A DNA stretch of 64,000 nt from Octopus vulgaris (Eukaryota), in assembly GCA_951406725.2 (NCBI GenBank), contig OX597816.1, positions 33,852,001 to 33,916,000 on the forward strand, given 5' to 3'. This document shows, in pieces, positions 43,791 through 60,197 of this stretch. A model generated the notes under the pieces. The model ran no database searches, was not told the DNA's origin, and saw only the letters and a list, made by a program, of their open reading frames with translations. Numbering within the stretch: position 1 is the first letter of the stretch; every line of letters starts with the position of its first letter. The position numbers and the translations under genes were made by a program.

Positions 43791-44582
43791 GCGGTGGTTG
43801 TTGGCACTGTTAATCTCAGTTGGCCAGACAGAGCAATGTTACCCTTGAACTTCAAAATTTCTAGATCGAGGTCTTGAGAGCGACTTCTGTTACATGAGAT
43901 CATGTTCGTTCTCTGTAAATGCATCTTGCTGCTACCAAATTTTCGAAGAAACTGGTGGCAGATGAGAGAAAATGACTTGAGTCAGATTTTGACAAATTCA
44001 ATACATACACCTAAGAAACTGAGAAGATTCTGAAGTGTTAAAAGAAATTCCTGCAAGTTGAAAGAAGAAGCAATCATAGCATCTTATGGTCAGTATGTCA
44101 AAAAGAATGTCATAGGCGCTAAAAATCTATGTTATTATTTTCAACTTCTTTGATTGGAACATTCATGTTATTATCCCTTTGTATATTTGTGCCATGCATA
44201 TATACTTCCTAGTAAACCTCCTTAAAAACGCCAATCACGTAATGTCAACAGTCACAAAAGCCTACGATACACAGCCTCGATAATATACAACACATATATT
44301 ATACCACCACATGCTGGTTTCACAAAGTTCACGTATATGTTTTTAATGTATAACAATACATAATACATATACACAAGTATACATCCTCAAGCACACGCAT
44401 ACATACATACTTATATAGGTATATAAGCATATTAATATCATCTAGCAGTGTACATTGGATATTCTTAATGTCTAACCCAAAGAGATACGTAGACGTGGTG
44501 ATTTCATAGTGATACGCCTATACTTCAAATGCTTATTGCACATACGCACGCACAGATTCGAAATTAATACACCGAAACATGT

Positions 44583-44885
44583 GGAGGCATATGACCTAGT
44601 GGTTACAGCAGCGGATTCGCGGTCGAGGGATCGCGGGTTCGAATCTCAGACAGGGTGCTGTGTGTATTTATGAGCGAGACACCTAAGCTCCACGCGGCTC
44701 CGGCAGAAGGTAATGGCGAATTTCTGCTGACTCTTTCGCCACAACTTTCTCTCACTCTTTCCTCCTGCCTCTTGCAGCTCACCTGCGACATACCGGCGTC
44801 CCGTCGAGGTGGGGAACCTATACACCAATGAAACCGGGAAACCGGCCTTTATGAATCAGGCATAGCTCAAGAAGGAACAACACCG
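44583..44885 (+). mobile_element. tRNA-derived SINE family B
   Basis: ggaggcatatgacctagtggttac...gggttcgaatctc head; body shared with 18460-18750; distinct 3' tail ending aacaac. Confidence 0.85.
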
Positions 44886-45044
44886 TAACATGAACGAATG
44901 TTCTTGTACATTTGAAACCTCATCTCATTCATCGTCTTTTCGTTAATTCCGTTTTCAGTGTTAAGTTATAGCAAAAATTATAAAAATGAAAACATTTTCC
45001 CTTGCATCTATTTCTTGCTTTCTTTTGCACAGATTTTCTTCTTC

Positions 45045-45090
45045 AAGTGTACATCCTGAAGAAGGACTTAATGCCGAAACGCTAAAATTA
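45045..45090 (+). ncRNA. Degenerate hammerhead-like motif
   Basis: CTGAAGA(45056)-a-ggac-ttaat-gcc-GAAAC(45076); no stem I partner downstream. Confidence 0.35.
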
Positions 45091-45414
45091 CTTTCACTGA
45101 GTCCAACATTAGGCGCAAAGTGAATAATTGCATAGCATAGTAACTTTGCTCTCCGTGTTGCTATTTGGCAGCGTAAAATTTGGGACATCCCCTAGGCTGT
45201 CATGTGGTAATCCATGCAATTCTTTCTATTTTCTCCCATACATTATTGAATAATACTGTTCCTCTTTGAGCCATAAAACAAGATTCTATTTTGCGTCTTG
45301 GAATTTTCCCGTATAAATATCGAATTACATTGGATATTAATTTATTCATTTCGCTCTCACTTCATCTCTCTCTCTCTCTTTCTCTCTCATTATACATAAA
45401 TACACACACACACA

Positions 45415-45482
<68 letters not shown>

Positions 45483-45719
45483 AGTTACATTCTTCTCGAC
45501 AACGCACACATACACACACACATATATATAGATGACCTTTTTCTCGACACACACATATATGCACGTGTGCACGTGTTTTTTTGTACGTCTGCATGCATAT
45601 CTCTGTTTGCACAGTTTATGAAATATTTCAAATTCCACCTTTCCTTTTTCTTTTATTCACATATACAGTTTCATACAATTTTAAAATTTCCTATTGACAA
45701 AATTCCCTGAACATGTTAA

Positions 45720-45722
45720 TGT

Positions 45723-45793
<71 letters not shown>

Positions 45794-46003
45794 CCTATCT
45801 ATCTATCTATTTATCTATATATCTATATATACATATACATATATATATATATAATTGTCTACCTATCTCTATATCCATCTATCAATGTATGTATGTATGA
45901 ATCTATCTATCTATCCACCTATCTATCCATCTTTCTCATGATCTATCTATCAATGTACGTATGTATGTATGTATGTATATATATATGTATGTATGAATCT
46001 ATA

Positions 46004-46066
<63 letters not shown>

Positions 46067-46067
46067 A

Positions 46068-46109
<42 letters not shown>

Positions 46110-46190
46110 GCTAGCTAGCTAGCTATCTATCTATCTTTCTATTTATCTATCCAACCATCCATCCATCCATCCATCCATCCATCCATCCAT
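45720..46190. repeat. (TATC)n/(CATC)n compound microsatellite
   Basis: Direct reading. Confidence 0.92.
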
Positions 46191-46254
46191 TAGCCTGTAC
46201 ATATATGTATTCATACAGAAAAAATACACATGTAACCATATATAGAAAGTAACA

Positions 46255-46659
46255 TACGTGCACACATTCATACGTATACATACACATACACACATATACA
46301 TACACATACATACATATATACATAAACACATATATACATACATTCACACGTATACATATATACATGAACACATAAATACATACATTCACACGTATACATA
46401 CACATACATACATATACACATGATCACTATATATATATACATACATTCACACGTATACATGCACATACATACGTATACACATGAACACACACATATATAT
46501 ATATATATATGCATACATGCATACATACATATATACATGAACACATAAATACATACATTCACACGTATACATACACATACATACATATACACATGAACAC
46601 TATATATATATATATATACATTCACACGTATACATACACATACATACGTATACACATGA

Positions 46660-46752
<93 letters not shown>

Positions 46753-46896
46753 TACATGCATGCATACATATATACATGAACACATAAATACATACATTCA
46801 CACGTATACATACACATACATACATATACACATGAACACTATATGTATATATATACATTAACACGTATACATACACATACATACGTATACACATGA

Positions 46897-46950
<54 letters not shown>
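46255..46950. repeat. Minisatellite built on cattcacacgtatacatacacatacatacatatacacatgaacac units with variable (TA)n spacers
   Basis: The motif att(c/a)acacgtatacat recurs about 8 times. Confidence 0.85.
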
Positions 46951-46956
<6 letters not shown>

Positions 46957-47224
46957 CTGTCACTTTTGCTGTCCTGGTGTTCGTATGCATTCGATCCTTC
47001 TTCCAGGAAATCTACGCTTCCAGCTTAGTTTTTCTAATGCTCGTTGCTTGGTTTTTCTTGGAGGGCTGGCCGTGATCTAGTAATCTCAAGATTAATCAGC
47101 CGAAATTACTACGATGATCCGGTTCTTGACTGAAGACTGAGGGTTTCGAATGTCCTGTCCGTGTTTATTGTGTCGTCTTCTAAGAGTTATACGTTCTTGT
47201 CCATGTTGTATTTTTCTACATACC

Positions 47225-47226
<2 letters not shown>
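46951..47226 (+). mobile_element. ~275-bp non-coding cassette in (TA)n, related to 53630-53860; pLTR-like
   Basis: Shares ttcgtat..tcttccaRgaaatcta..gct..tttcttKgRggKtggcc..gactgaRga..cgttcttgtcc with the reverse complement of 53630-53860. Confidence 0.65.
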
Positions 47227-47258
<32 letters not shown>

Positions 47259-47399
47259 TACATGCATACATACATATATACATGCATTATACATTTTTAC
47301 CAATCCACGCACACACACGCCAAGATATATAAATGACGATAAATTGTGAAAGGATGAAGAAACTGAAAGTGTTGAGTTGTTACATTGTTGTTGTTCTTG

Positions 47400-52770
<5,371 letters not shown>

Positions 52771-53204
52771 ATTCAAATTCCCGAGAGTGAGTTGTCGAGA
52801 CGTTGGTCAAAGTACAACTCATGAAAATCTTCTGCAAACTTTGGGTTACCATTATGAAGAAGGTTAGTGTACATGCGTAACAAACTGTTTCTCTTAGATG
52901 TATAATAGTGCAAACCATCCACTGTTAGTTACCGTAAGATTTGCTCGTGTGTTGTTTCTTCTGGAAACTGAAATGACAGTGTCTGGCTATAAAAATAACA
53001 AGAACTTGATTCTCACTATTTACAATCATTTTATATTTAAGCTCAAAGCCAGACATTTTTGAAGGGAAGGTAGATGCAAAGATCATCGACAATAGTCCTA
53101 AAGTAGTAGTTTATTTTGCAAAATACAGAAAGAGGATAGGCAGAGTCGATAAGTGGCGCATTTGAGGGGAAAACATATAAAGCCCCCAAAATTACGCTTT
53201 AACT

Positions 53205-53418
53205 ATGCTTATTTCTATATTGGCCACAAGGAGCTACACCCATAGGGGACAAACAAGGACAGACAAACGGATTAAGTTGATTATATCGACCCCAGTGCGT
53301 AACTGGTACTTATTTAAACGGCCCCGAAATGATGAAAGGCGGAATCTGAACTCAGAACATAGCTGCAGACGAAATATTGCTAAGCATTTCGCCCGGTGTG
53401 CTAACAATTCTGCCAGCA
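53205..53418 (-). mobile_element. tRNA-derived SINE family C
   Basis: Colinear with 34490-34727, with an internal deletion. Confidence 0.85.
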
Positions 53419-53566
53419 ATGAGATGTGAGAGAGGTGGCACGAAAGAACGAAGAGTGGAATGAACGAAAGTGGGCTAACAGAACGAAGGAAAGAATAAAA
53501 TAATAGTGTCGTACAAGATTTAGATAATTATATACTTACATATGAGAGACCAAAGTTTACGTACGC

Positions 53567-53629
<63 letters not shown>

Positions 53630-53636
<7 letters not shown>

Positions 53637-53860
53637 AAATGGGACAAGAACGCAATACATCTAGAAAGTTAGGTGATACAAGAAAGGGACAACAAAACAT
53701 CCAGACAGACGATACAAAGAATACAAGGATGAGAAAGAATTTTCTTTCCTCAGTCGTGTTCCCGATAATCTTTGCTCAAAACTGGCCAACCCCAAAGAAA
53801 AGCTCAGCTAAGAGCATTAGATTTCTTGGAAGAAAGCAGCAAATCTATACGAATACAAGA
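53630..53860 (-). mobile_element. ~230-bp non-coding cassette in (TA)n, related to 46951-47226
   Basis: (TA)n on both sides; minus strand CTGAGGA (53753-53747) followed by an aagaa/ttctt hairpin. Confidence 0.6.
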
Positions 53861-53909
53861 TATATATATATATATATATGTATATATATCAAACAACCGC
53901 TTCTTTATC

Positions 53910-54555
53910 TGACAATATATATAATTAATAAATATCAGGGCAGGAAAAAAGTTTAGAAATGTTTTACTACCAGTGGCCCAGCGTGTAGAAAACTAGTCAA
54001 TAGACTATATGTACCATTCATATAAATACAGTGTACGTTTAAACACATGAGAGGTAACCATCATAGCATGCTAGACACATAGAATGATAGATGTAGCAGC
54101 GAAAATCCAAACTAACATTAGGGATAAATCTCGATAAAAACATTTACCATCTATCACCCGGACCATGGTTTCGAACTCTAAATTAGCAAATAAAGTAATT
54201 TGCTAGTCGGAGCTGTTTCAGCAGGGACACCAAGGTTAACATACAAATACGACGCAATACAGTAAATGCCTCCTGTTTATATATTATAATTTTTCAAGTA
54301 CACCACGCAAGCGCAGTTTTTTGGCGGCAGCAAATAAAAATGACAAAACATATCAATAATTAATAAATATCAAAGGAGGAAAAAATCTTAGAAACTTTTT
54401 GCTACCGGTGGCCTAGCATGTAGAAAACCAGTCAATAAACTATATATTATTCCTATAAATATAGTGTATATTTAAACACATAAGAGGTGACAATCATAGG
54501 ACACCTAGCACGCTAGAAGGAGTAGCCAAAATCCAAATCAGTATTAGTGATAATG
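53910..54555 (-). mobile_element. ~430-bp tandem unit (1.5 copies) containing a hammerhead-like motif; retrozyme/pLTR-like
   Basis: 53910-54125 and 54341-54555 are diverged direct repeats. Minus strand cc-CTGCTGA-long stem II (tagcaaat/atttgcta)-GAAA-ccatgg-TC-cggg at 54227-54157. Confidence 0.65.
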
Positions 54556-55450
54556 GTCATTAGTGATAATGTGTTTAAATGTAGACTGCATATATATATA
54601 TATATATATATATATCTTTCAAAAATGTAGAAGAGATAAAAAAACAAATTACAGACACACGAGAGAGTGCAACACATATGTTGTATTATTTTGAAGGTAT
54701 GGGGTAATTCTTTTCTAGACGAGGCACAAGGCCCGAAACTTTGTATGAGTGGGGCCAGTTGATTAGACCGACCACAGTACGTAAACATAGATAGAAGGAA
54801 GCAGTCGGATAGAAAGAAATAGATGTTCGGTTTCAAGATTATAGATCATGAAATGACCGGAAGTAGGTGGCTGAAGATAAGGTACACAAGTGTGATAACT
54901 ATATCCTGGCTAAAGAGTGCGTGTGCATACATATATATAAGCAGCCAGCGATACAATATCAGGAATACCCCCACTTCAAGCAGAGAAAGGATAAATCAAC
55001 ACCCACAGCATAGACACTGCAACCTAATCCCCACCCAAAGGAGTTACCAACGAAATCTTCGTCCCATTAACCGGTTAAACAACCATGCACAACAAACCCA
55101 CACCACTTGCAATGATTACCAACGAAGGCCTCCTAGAACACCACACCCGAATATGGGATATCGGGATGCTCTCCTCAATACTGCTCCAAGAACACACACC
55201 ACAAATCACAACAGGAGACCCCTAATCAACAAAGAACAACTATATACTAGCTACCGTCCCAACCACCGCATTCATTTTTAGTCCCAATACGCAAACACAG
55301 AGACACAAGATAGCACCAAACAAGCAGGAGGAACCAAAAGTAATAAAAATTATTAATCTAACTCACAAGGAACTAACAGCAAACCAAATAAACATACTTT
55401 CCAAAGGACTCAAGTTTACACCCACCCCACAACACCCCAACTACAATGAA

Positions 55451-57532
55451 ATGAAAGAAGACATCGCAGAATTCTGCAGAAAATTAAGACTTACTGAGGA
55501 GCTATACGATAAATACAACGAGGACGAATCGTTAGCCAGAAATAGGAGTAACTACACCCCCTCGAAAGGTAAGAATAAAACACTTGATGATTTCTGTGAC
55601 CACATATCAAATTACCCATATCAACATATGCACAAACAAAAACACAAACCAAACTTCAGCAAAAAAGAATGGGCTGAGTTGAACAAATTAAAACTAGATA
55701 AAACAATAACGATCAAAGAGGCCGATAAAGGGAGTGCTGTTGTCTTAATGGATACGACATTTTACATAACTTTGGTACTTTCTATGCTGGAAGACACAAC
55801 ATACTATGAAAAGGCACAAAACTACAGTCAACAAAAAATAATGAGGGAACTAAAATCCATATTAAACCCATACAAAGCAGGGCTCACCGACAAAGAATAT
55901 GATTATATGACCAATTTCACAAGTAAAACTAGCCAATTCTACGGTATACCTAAAATCCACAAAAGTGAAAAAATAAGCAACGCATGCAAGATAGCTACAG
56001 ACAAAATAATTAAAGTCCCTAATCCTAATGACCTCAAATTGAGACCCATAATAGCAGGTCCCGCATGCGAAACCCACCGCCTCAGTAACTTTTTAGACAC
56101 CCTGTTAAAACCACTTCTGAAACATGTCAAAAGCTATATAAGGGACGACTTAGATATGCTCAATCACCTACCGAATACTATAAACAAAAACACCATACTG
56201 GTATCCTTCGATGTAGTCAACCTCTACTCCAATATCCCCCACAACCTAGGACTAGAGGCAATCCAATTCTGGCTAGAGAATCACGCCAACGAACTACCAC
56301 ACCGCATCAAAAAAGAATTTGTGATAGAAGGGGTTAAATTCATCCTGGAAAATAACTTCTTCGCCTTCAATGACAACTTCTACCGACAAAAATCGGGGAC
56401 TGCGATGGGTACACGAATGGCTCCCTCCTTTGCCAACCTAGTCATAGGATACCTAGAGATCAGTCTGTATCGTAAGCTTCTAGAAAGATATGGCAGTCCT
56501 TTCTCCATCTACATAGAAAACAACTGGAAGAGATATCTAGATGACTGTTTCATCCTTTGGCATAAAAATATAGAAAAACTCATAGAATTCCAGAAAATTT
56601 TAAACGGACTGGACGTAAACATCCAATTCGCGATGGAATATAGCCAACAACAACTCCCCTTCCTCGATATCCTCATTAAGAAAGCTAATAATATAATAGA
56701 AACAGACATATACTATAAGCCTACAGACTCTAAGCAATATCTTCCATTCAATTCATGCCACCCCAGACACACCAGGATGAATATCCCCTTCAATCTAGCA
56801 AAAAGGATATGCACTATAGTCTCTAACGCAAACACCAGAGACACACGACTACAAGAACTAAAAGATACCCTAATCACCAGGAACTATCCACCTTCACTTA
56901 TTGACAAGTGCATTCAACGTGCCCTTCAACTTAACATCAAGGAACTGAGACATCCCAAATCAAAGAAAAACTTACAACCAAAAGCTTTACCATACATCTC
57001 CACACACAACCCTCTCAATAACGAAGCCTTCGACACCATCCTCCACAACATACCCCTCCTAAAAAAAGACCACAGAATGAACACAATCCTCCAAACACAC
57101 ACGATCATAAAAAGCAAAAGACAGCCTAGATCCATGAAAAGTCTCCTTACACAAGCCCGAATTCACTCTTCAACACAGAAGCCGACAGTAAAAAAATGTG
57201 GAAGACCCAATTGCGGGATATGCGACTATCTAATCGAGGGTTCTGAGTTCTCCTTCAAACAGGGACAACGGTTTACAGTGAAAAGCAACTTCACATGTGC
57301 TTCGGAGAACCTAATATACTCACTAACCTGCTCCGGGTGTCAAGAGCAGTACATAGGCCAAACAAAAAATGGTTTGCGTAAACGAATGGCCCTGCACAGA
57401 TCCCAGATAAAAATTCCCCAAAACAGAAAAATAGCTTTTAGCCAACACATAGATACTTGCGCCAACAAAAAAACACCAAACTTCAGAATATTCCCCCTCT
57501 ACCAATTTAGGGACGATACAACCTCGAGATAA
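55451..57532 (+). CDS. Penelope-like reverse transcriptase-GIY-YIG endonuclease polyprotein (693 aa from ATG; frame open from 55226; premature TAA, natural end 57604)
   Basis: IKEADKGSAVV, FYGIPKIHK, LRPII, SFDVVNLYSNI, GTAMGTRMAPSFANL, RYLDD, LPFLD, YYKPT, SCHPRH, linker CGRPNCGIC and LIYSLTCSGCQEQYIGQT...RMALH. In-frame upstream IINLT...LSKGLKFTP. Confidence 0.93.
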   Translation: MKEDIAEFCRKLRLTEELYDKYNEDESLARNRSNYTPSKGKNKTLDDFCDHISNYPYQHMHKQKHKPNFSKKEWAELNKLKLDKTITIKEADKGSAVVLMDTTFYITLVLSMLEDTTYYEKAQNYSQQKIMRELKSILNPYKAGLTDKEYDYMTNFTSKTSQFYGIPKIHKSEKISNACKIATDKIIKVPNPNDLKLRPIIAGPACETHRLSNFLDTLLKPLLKHVKSYIRDDLDMLNHLPNTINKNTILVSFDVVNLYSNIPHNLGLEAIQFWLENHANELPHRIKKEFVIEGVKFILENNFFAFNDNFYRQKSGTAMGTRMAPSFANLVIGYLEISLYRKLLERYGSPFSIYIENNWKRYLDDCFILWHKNIEKLIEFQKILNGLDVNIQFAMEYSQQQLPFLDILIKKANNIIETDIYYKPTDSKQYLPFNSCHPRHTRMNIPFNLAKRICTIVSNANTRDTRLQELKDTLITRNYPPSLIDKCIQRALQLNIKELRHPKSKKNLQPKALPYISTHNPLNNEAFDTILHNIPLLKKDHRMNTILQTHTIIKSKRQPRSMKSLLTQARIHSSTQKPTVKKCGRPNCGICDYLIEGSEFSFKQGQRFTVKSNFTCASENLIYSLTCSGCQEQYIGQTKNGLRKRMALHRSQIKIPQNRKIAFSQHIDTCANKKTPNFRIFPLYQFRDDTTSR

Positions 57533-57721
57533 AGAATAAGTAAAGAAAATCTCTTTATTACAAAATACAAGCCACTTCTTAACGGGTCTACGACAAACAA
57601 TTAATATACCTCAACTTTAGAATAAAAGAAAAAAATATATATACACACACAAATACTACACTCCATAGAATCCATTACTAATCAGCCCCTTCATAGCTAT
57701 ATTTACACCCATTCATATTCT

Positions 57722-57960
57722 CCCTTCTCTGTTTCTTTCTTCTTCTTCTTCTTCTTCTTCTTCATCATCATCGTTATCATCATCATCGGCGTCATCATCA
57801 TCGCCACCATCATCACCACCATCTTCTCCTACTCCTCCTTCTTCTTCTTCTTCTTCTTCTTCATCATCATCGTTATCATCATCATCGTCGTCATAATCAT
57901 CACCACCATCACCATCATCTTCTCCTTCTCCTTCTTCTTCTTCTTCTTCTTCTTCTTCTC
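57722..57960. repeat. Tandemly duplicated (TCT)n-(CAT)n compound microsatellite (~100-bp unit)
   Basis: ttcttcatcatcatcgttatcatcatcatcg occurs twice. Confidence 0.9.
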
Positions 57961-58311
57961 CACCCCCTACCCCTTAAGTTTGTCACTAATGTTTTTTAGT
58001 ATAACACCTACGCTAATTCTATAAACAAGCCTGTCAATATAAATATTCTCCTGAATTGAACTGAGACTGCCAGCCGCCACTGACCATTCAAAATACGACC
58101 ATCAGGGCACTCCCAGATTCTCCCACCCCCTTTCCTCACCAGCCTTCCCTCTACTACCCTACCAAGAACTCAGAACTACCTCCAACACACAAGTGCAAAC
58201 AAGGGAGTCAGAGAAAGGCAGAATGCCACTTAAATCTGAACACTACTATAGAAATATTCTTTTAAAAAAACTTTTCTTCTAATTTTTCTAAATTTAATTA
58301 TTTAATCGTTA

Positions 58312-58349
58312 CAGTTGAAAAGGTCTCAAAATGACCGAAACCGGTACTG
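58312..58349 (+). ncRNA. Minimal type-I hammerhead ribozyme, U3-A8 core variant
   Basis: cag-TTGAAAA-ggtc(tcaaaat)gacc-GAAA-ccgg-TA/ctg: stem I cag/ctg, stem II ggtc/gacc, palindromic stem III ACCGGT. Predicted cleavage after 58346. Confidence 0.75.
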
Positions 58350-58417
58350 AAATGTTCACTATAAAATTATTTTAGCATTTTCTATTTTTTACTTGTTTTT
58401 TCATATATATGAAAAAA

Positions 58418-58582
58418 GCCACAGGAGTGGCTGTGTGGTAAGTAGCTTGCTAACCAACCACATGGTTCCGGGTTCAGTCCCACTGCGTGGCATCTTGGGC
58501 AAGTGTCTTCTGCTATAGCCCCGGGCCGACCATAGCCTTGTGAGTGGATTTGGTAGACGGAAACTGAAAGAAGCCTGTCGTA

Positions 58583-58633
<51 letters not shown>

Positions 58634-58845
58634 TTGTGTGTCTGTGTTTGTCCCCCTAGCATTGCTTGACAACCGATGCTGGTGTGTTTACGTCCCCGTC
58701 ACTTAGCGGTTCGGCAAAAAAGAGACCGATAGAATAAGTACTGGGCTTACAAAGAATAAGTCACGGGGTCGAGTTGCTCGATTAAAGGCGGTGCTCCAGC
58801 ATGGCCGCAGTCAAATGACTGAAACAAGTAAAAGAGAAAGAGAGA
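58418..58845 (+). mobile_element. tRNA-derived SINE family A
   Basis: Near-consensus full-length copy. Confidence 0.92.
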
Positions 58846-58846
58846 A

Positions 58847-58847
<1 letters not shown>

Positions 58848-58886
<39 letters not shown>

Positions 58887-58920
58887 AGAGATATATATAT
58901 ATATATAGATAGATAGATAT

Positions 58921-58951
<31 letters not shown>

Positions 58952-59004
58952 TATTGATTGATTGATAGATAGATAGATAGATAGATAGAGAGATAGCTAG
59001 ATAT

Positions 59005-59038
<34 letters not shown>

Positions 59039-59059
59039 GGATATATAGACAGATAGATA
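58848..59059. repeat. (TA)n/(GATA)n microsatellite
   Basis: Direct reading. Confidence 0.9.
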
Positions 59060-59520
59060 GGTCATATAGATCTAATATTTTCCTGTCCGTCCTTAACACC
59101 TGTTCCCATTTCCTGTTGATAGCTGCATTAGGTGGTTGTTGTGTCCTAGCATATATACTTCTTTTAGTTTTCGTATGTTCCAGTGGTGTTCTTTGTCTAT
59201 TATTTTAACTTCACTCCACAGTGGGAGGTGGTCTCCAATATTCCAAACATGATCAGCTATACCCAATTTATCAATATATCCTCGTGTAACATCTTTGCGA
59301 TATTCCTCTTTCCTTATTTTGAGGGAGCGGCATATTTTGCCTTTGTATAACGTACCACAGCTGCATGGGATAGATTACACGCAGTTTTTGATCATATGAC
59401 TAAAAGAAGCAGCATATATGCCAGGACACAACAACTTCCTAAGCAGACCGAGTGCAGATATCAATAGCATATGGGAACCGGTATTAAGGGAGGATAGGAA
59501 AATATTAGATTTATATGACC
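59060..59520 (-). mobile_element. Second Penelope family: 5'-truncated GIY-YIG remnant with inverted 3' copy
   Basis: Minus strand 59398-59060 reads NCV*SIPCSCGTLYKG...RSLKIRKEEY...IADHVW...WSEVKIIDKEHHWNIRKLKE. Plus strand 59399-59520 repeats LKEAAYMPGHNN...[16 protein letters not shown] in the opposite orientation. Confidence 0.8.
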
Positions 59521-59544
59521 TAAAATTCACTCCATAATTGCCCA

Positions 59545-59595
59545 CGGGCATATGACGTAGTGGTTAAGAGCGCAGGCTACTAACCCCAAGTATCC
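59545..59595 (+). other. Truncated tRNA-like/SINE head followed by (AAT)n
   Basis: gggcatatgacgtagtggttaagagcgcaggctactaaccc contains an A box and an anticodon-arm-like segment; no B box. Confidence 0.45.
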
Positions 59596-59712
59596 TAATA
59601 ATAATAATAACAATGATAATAATAGTAAGGTTAATAATAATAATGATAATAATAATAATAATGTAAAACGTGCATATATACAATATATACATAAACGCAC
59701 ACACACACACAC

Positions 59713-59770
<58 letters not shown>

Positions 59771-59772
<2 letters not shown>

Positions 59773-60166
59773 CGTATGACACAAAGCCTTGTCATCGTAA
59801 ACTTCCCAAAGCATGCTAAATGTCTCCCAAGTTTATCGCAAAATTTCAGGTTGGCTCTTTCTCCTGTCCATGACACATTCGCAGACTATGACATACACGT
59901 GATCACAAAAACACAAATTTCACAACTTACAATGTTAACACTCCGCACACAAGCTTATGAAGGTAACTGCTAGCTCTGAGTGCGCACGTGAACGTGTGCT
60001 GCCATCTGTTGGTGCGCTACAGAACTAGTTCGGGAACATTTTGAAACCACCTCGTATATATATATATATATACGAGGTGGTTTCAAAAGGTTCCAGAACT
60101 AGTTCTGTAGCGCACCGACAGATGGCAGCACACGTTCACGTTCGGGAACATTTTGAAATCACCTCG

Positions 60167-60197
<31 letters not shown>

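Larger units (their letters stand above)
55226..58410 (+). mobile_element. Penelope-like element (Neptune/Naiad-type architecture), near intact
   Basis: Long RT plus GIY-YIG frame, then a 3' region with a microsatellite and a hammerhead. The 5' boundary is uncertain and may extend to ~54930. Confidence 0.92.

Noticed and set aside
43800-44000. Possible plus-strand mariner fragment (KKLVADERK)
   Set aside because: Only a single weak motif, and its boundaries cannot be defined.
46255-46950. CRISPR-like repeat-spacer appearance
   Set aside because: The spacers are (TA)n rather than unique sequence, the context is eukaryotic, and there are no cas genes.
57530-57532. Possible selenocysteine readthrough in the Penelope ORF
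   Set aside because: The codon is TAA, not TGA, and is not at a Cys position.
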